Below the pieces are notes generated by a model. The model had not been told where the DNA came from. It searched no databases and saw nothing but the letters and a program-made list of their open reading frames with translations. From an uncultured Acidobacteriota bacterium (GTDB taxonomy: Bacteria; Acidobacteriota; Thermoanaerobaculia; Multivoradales; SZUA-115), in the NCBI GenBank assembly GCA_963805975.1, contig CAWDVR010000005.1:576001-640000 (forward strand): a DNA stretch of 64,000 nt. Direction: 5' to 3'. Positions 62,536 through 64,000 of this stretch are shown piece by piece (positions within the stretch are counted from its first letter, which is position 1; every line of letters starts with the position of its first letter). A program made the position numbers and the translations under genes.

Positions 62536-62755
62536 AGAGAAGCCCCGGCCGGTGAAGGCACGGGGCTTCTCTTTCTACGGAGACAGAGACTCGTGAAAGG
62601 CCACGAGGCTACGTGTCTCCGCAGGATGATCCGCAATCCGGGTCAAGAGCAGGGTTAGGGTGTCGGGTGAGGGCGCAAGAGCGCTCGAAGATGCGATCTC
62701 CTGCTTGATCGGCAGGTGTCGAGGGCTTCGAGGTGTGGTCTGTTGAAGGGCACAA
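62536..62755. repeat. Copy B of the att-like arm, overlapping the recombinase 3' end
   Basis: Matches 60460-60669; similarity stops at TGTTGAAGGGCACAA. Confidence 0.85.
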
Positions 62756-64000
62756 CAAGCATCATTGGCCCTCTCAAGGAGCAGCACAAAGGGAAACGAC
62801 GGTTCAACGGCAACGTGGTTTGGCGAGACAGTACGGTTCGAGGTCAGACAATCGAGGATGCGGCGCTTTTCGCCGACATTCGCCGTTCTGTAGGTCAACG
62901 AAGCCGTGCTTGCCAGTTCGAGGATTCTCTCGGCGTCGTCGACTCGCGTCCTCGCAGGATCGTCAAGCGAGGCGATCTCGTCCTCAACACGCCGCTTCTC
63001 CTTCAAGAGCCGTCGTCGCTTCTCTTCATAGGTCTCCTTGTCCACGCTTTGGTCTAGGTAGGCGTCGGTCAATCGGTCGAGCCGCGCTGCGACCTGGCCG
63101 GCTGGCAGGCAAAGAGCGTTCGGCTTCGTTCGGCTTCCCCTCGTGCCTGCTCGCCTCGCTCTCGAAGCGCTGCGGCGAAGATCGCCTTGGCTTCCTCTCG
63201 GAACTGGAGCTGCGCCAAGACGCCCTGCACGGCTTCGTCGAGCTTCTCCTCTCGGATGCCCGTCATCGGGCAGCCTTTGGTGTGGCAGCGATAGTCGACG
63301 TGGCCCTTCTGGCGTTCACCGATGAGTGTGGTGCGGCACTCGGCACACCGGAAGAGCTTGCGGAAGGCGAAGTCGTGCTTGACGACCCGCGGCACGTTCC
63401 GACCGTGAAGGATCTCCTGTACGCGATCGAAGAGAGCTGTGCCGATCAGAGGCTCGTGGATTCCAGGATAGGTCTCCTTGGTCTTCTTGATCCGGATGAG
63501 GCCGGTGTAGAAGGGGTTCTGGAGCATGATCCAGACGCCGGTCTGCGAGATGGGCGTTCCTCGCATGTTGGCGAGCCCAAGCTCGCGCATCTTCGCGGTC
63601 AAGGTCGGAACGCTGTACTGCCGTGTGGCGTATAGCTCAAAGGCCGTCCGCACCAGAGGCGCCCGTATCGGGTCGATCGCCTTGGGCTTGCCGCCTCCCA
63701 TGTTGAGGTATCCGACGGGCGCGCCGAAGGGATAGATGCCCTGCTTGAGGCGTCCATAGAGGCCCTTCTTGGTTTCCTCGCGGAGGTTGCGGATGTAGTC
63801 AGCGGCGATGACCGCCTGAATGTCGGCGGTGAGCCGGCCGCCGCGCGACGTGAGATCGAGATTGTCCGAGACGAAGTGGACGTTGACGCCAGCATCGATG
63901 AGCTCCCCGAGATCGGCCCAATCGCGGAGGTTCCGCGCAGAGCGGTCGATCTTGTGGATGACGACGCCCTCGACTTTTCGCGCGCGAAGAAGCTTCACCA
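62575..64000 (-). CDS. Large serine recombinase (5' outside window; frameshift near 63100)
   Basis: HKIDRSARN, APVGYLN, NPFYTG, HEPLI, CAECR...YRCHTKGC zinc ribbon, AYLDQSVDKETYEEK coiled coil. Confidence 0.9.

Larger units (their letters stand above)
51020..64000. mobile_element. Composite genomic island integrated at tRNA-Ala (extends past the window)
   Basis: att fragment, tyrosine integrase, visibly lower GC, serine recombinase, remnants. Confidence 0.8.

Overview
GC-rich bacterial chromosome window. Gene content suggests Acidobacteriota, probably Thermoanaerobaculia-like (inference). Positions 1-50.9 kb are mostly core or accessory chromosome: an aminobenzoate/aryl-CoA-type catabolic cluster interrupted by toxin-antitoxin genes, a BlaI/BlaR1 operon with operators, an Fe3+-type ABC transporter, sucA, a vapBC pair followed by an unusual PIN-DEAD-box helicase fusion, a TetR-TolC-MFP-RND operon, tRNA-Sec, an ECF-Ser/Thr kinase pair, pdxA/hfq-like/ricT/purD/pta, SigK-RskA with DUF4331/DUF4198, and sodC. 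From about 51.0 kb a lower-GC island begins at a tRNA-Ala(GGC) 3' fragment. It carries a tyrosine integrase, cargo genes, a tRNA-Thr remnant, duplicated att-like arms and a large serine recombinase. The top finding is two paralogous loci, one chromosomal and one on the island. Each pairs a small secreted precursor bearing Gxxx(D/L)P(N/D)G cores with a cytoplasmic protein fusing a zinc anti-sigma (HxxxCxxC) N-terminus to a long TPR domain; one locus also has a sigma-region-2-only gene. This is a candidate undescribed RRNPP/arbitrium-like peptide signalling system acting through sigma factors. Several genes carry frameshifts that are probably sequencing indels.
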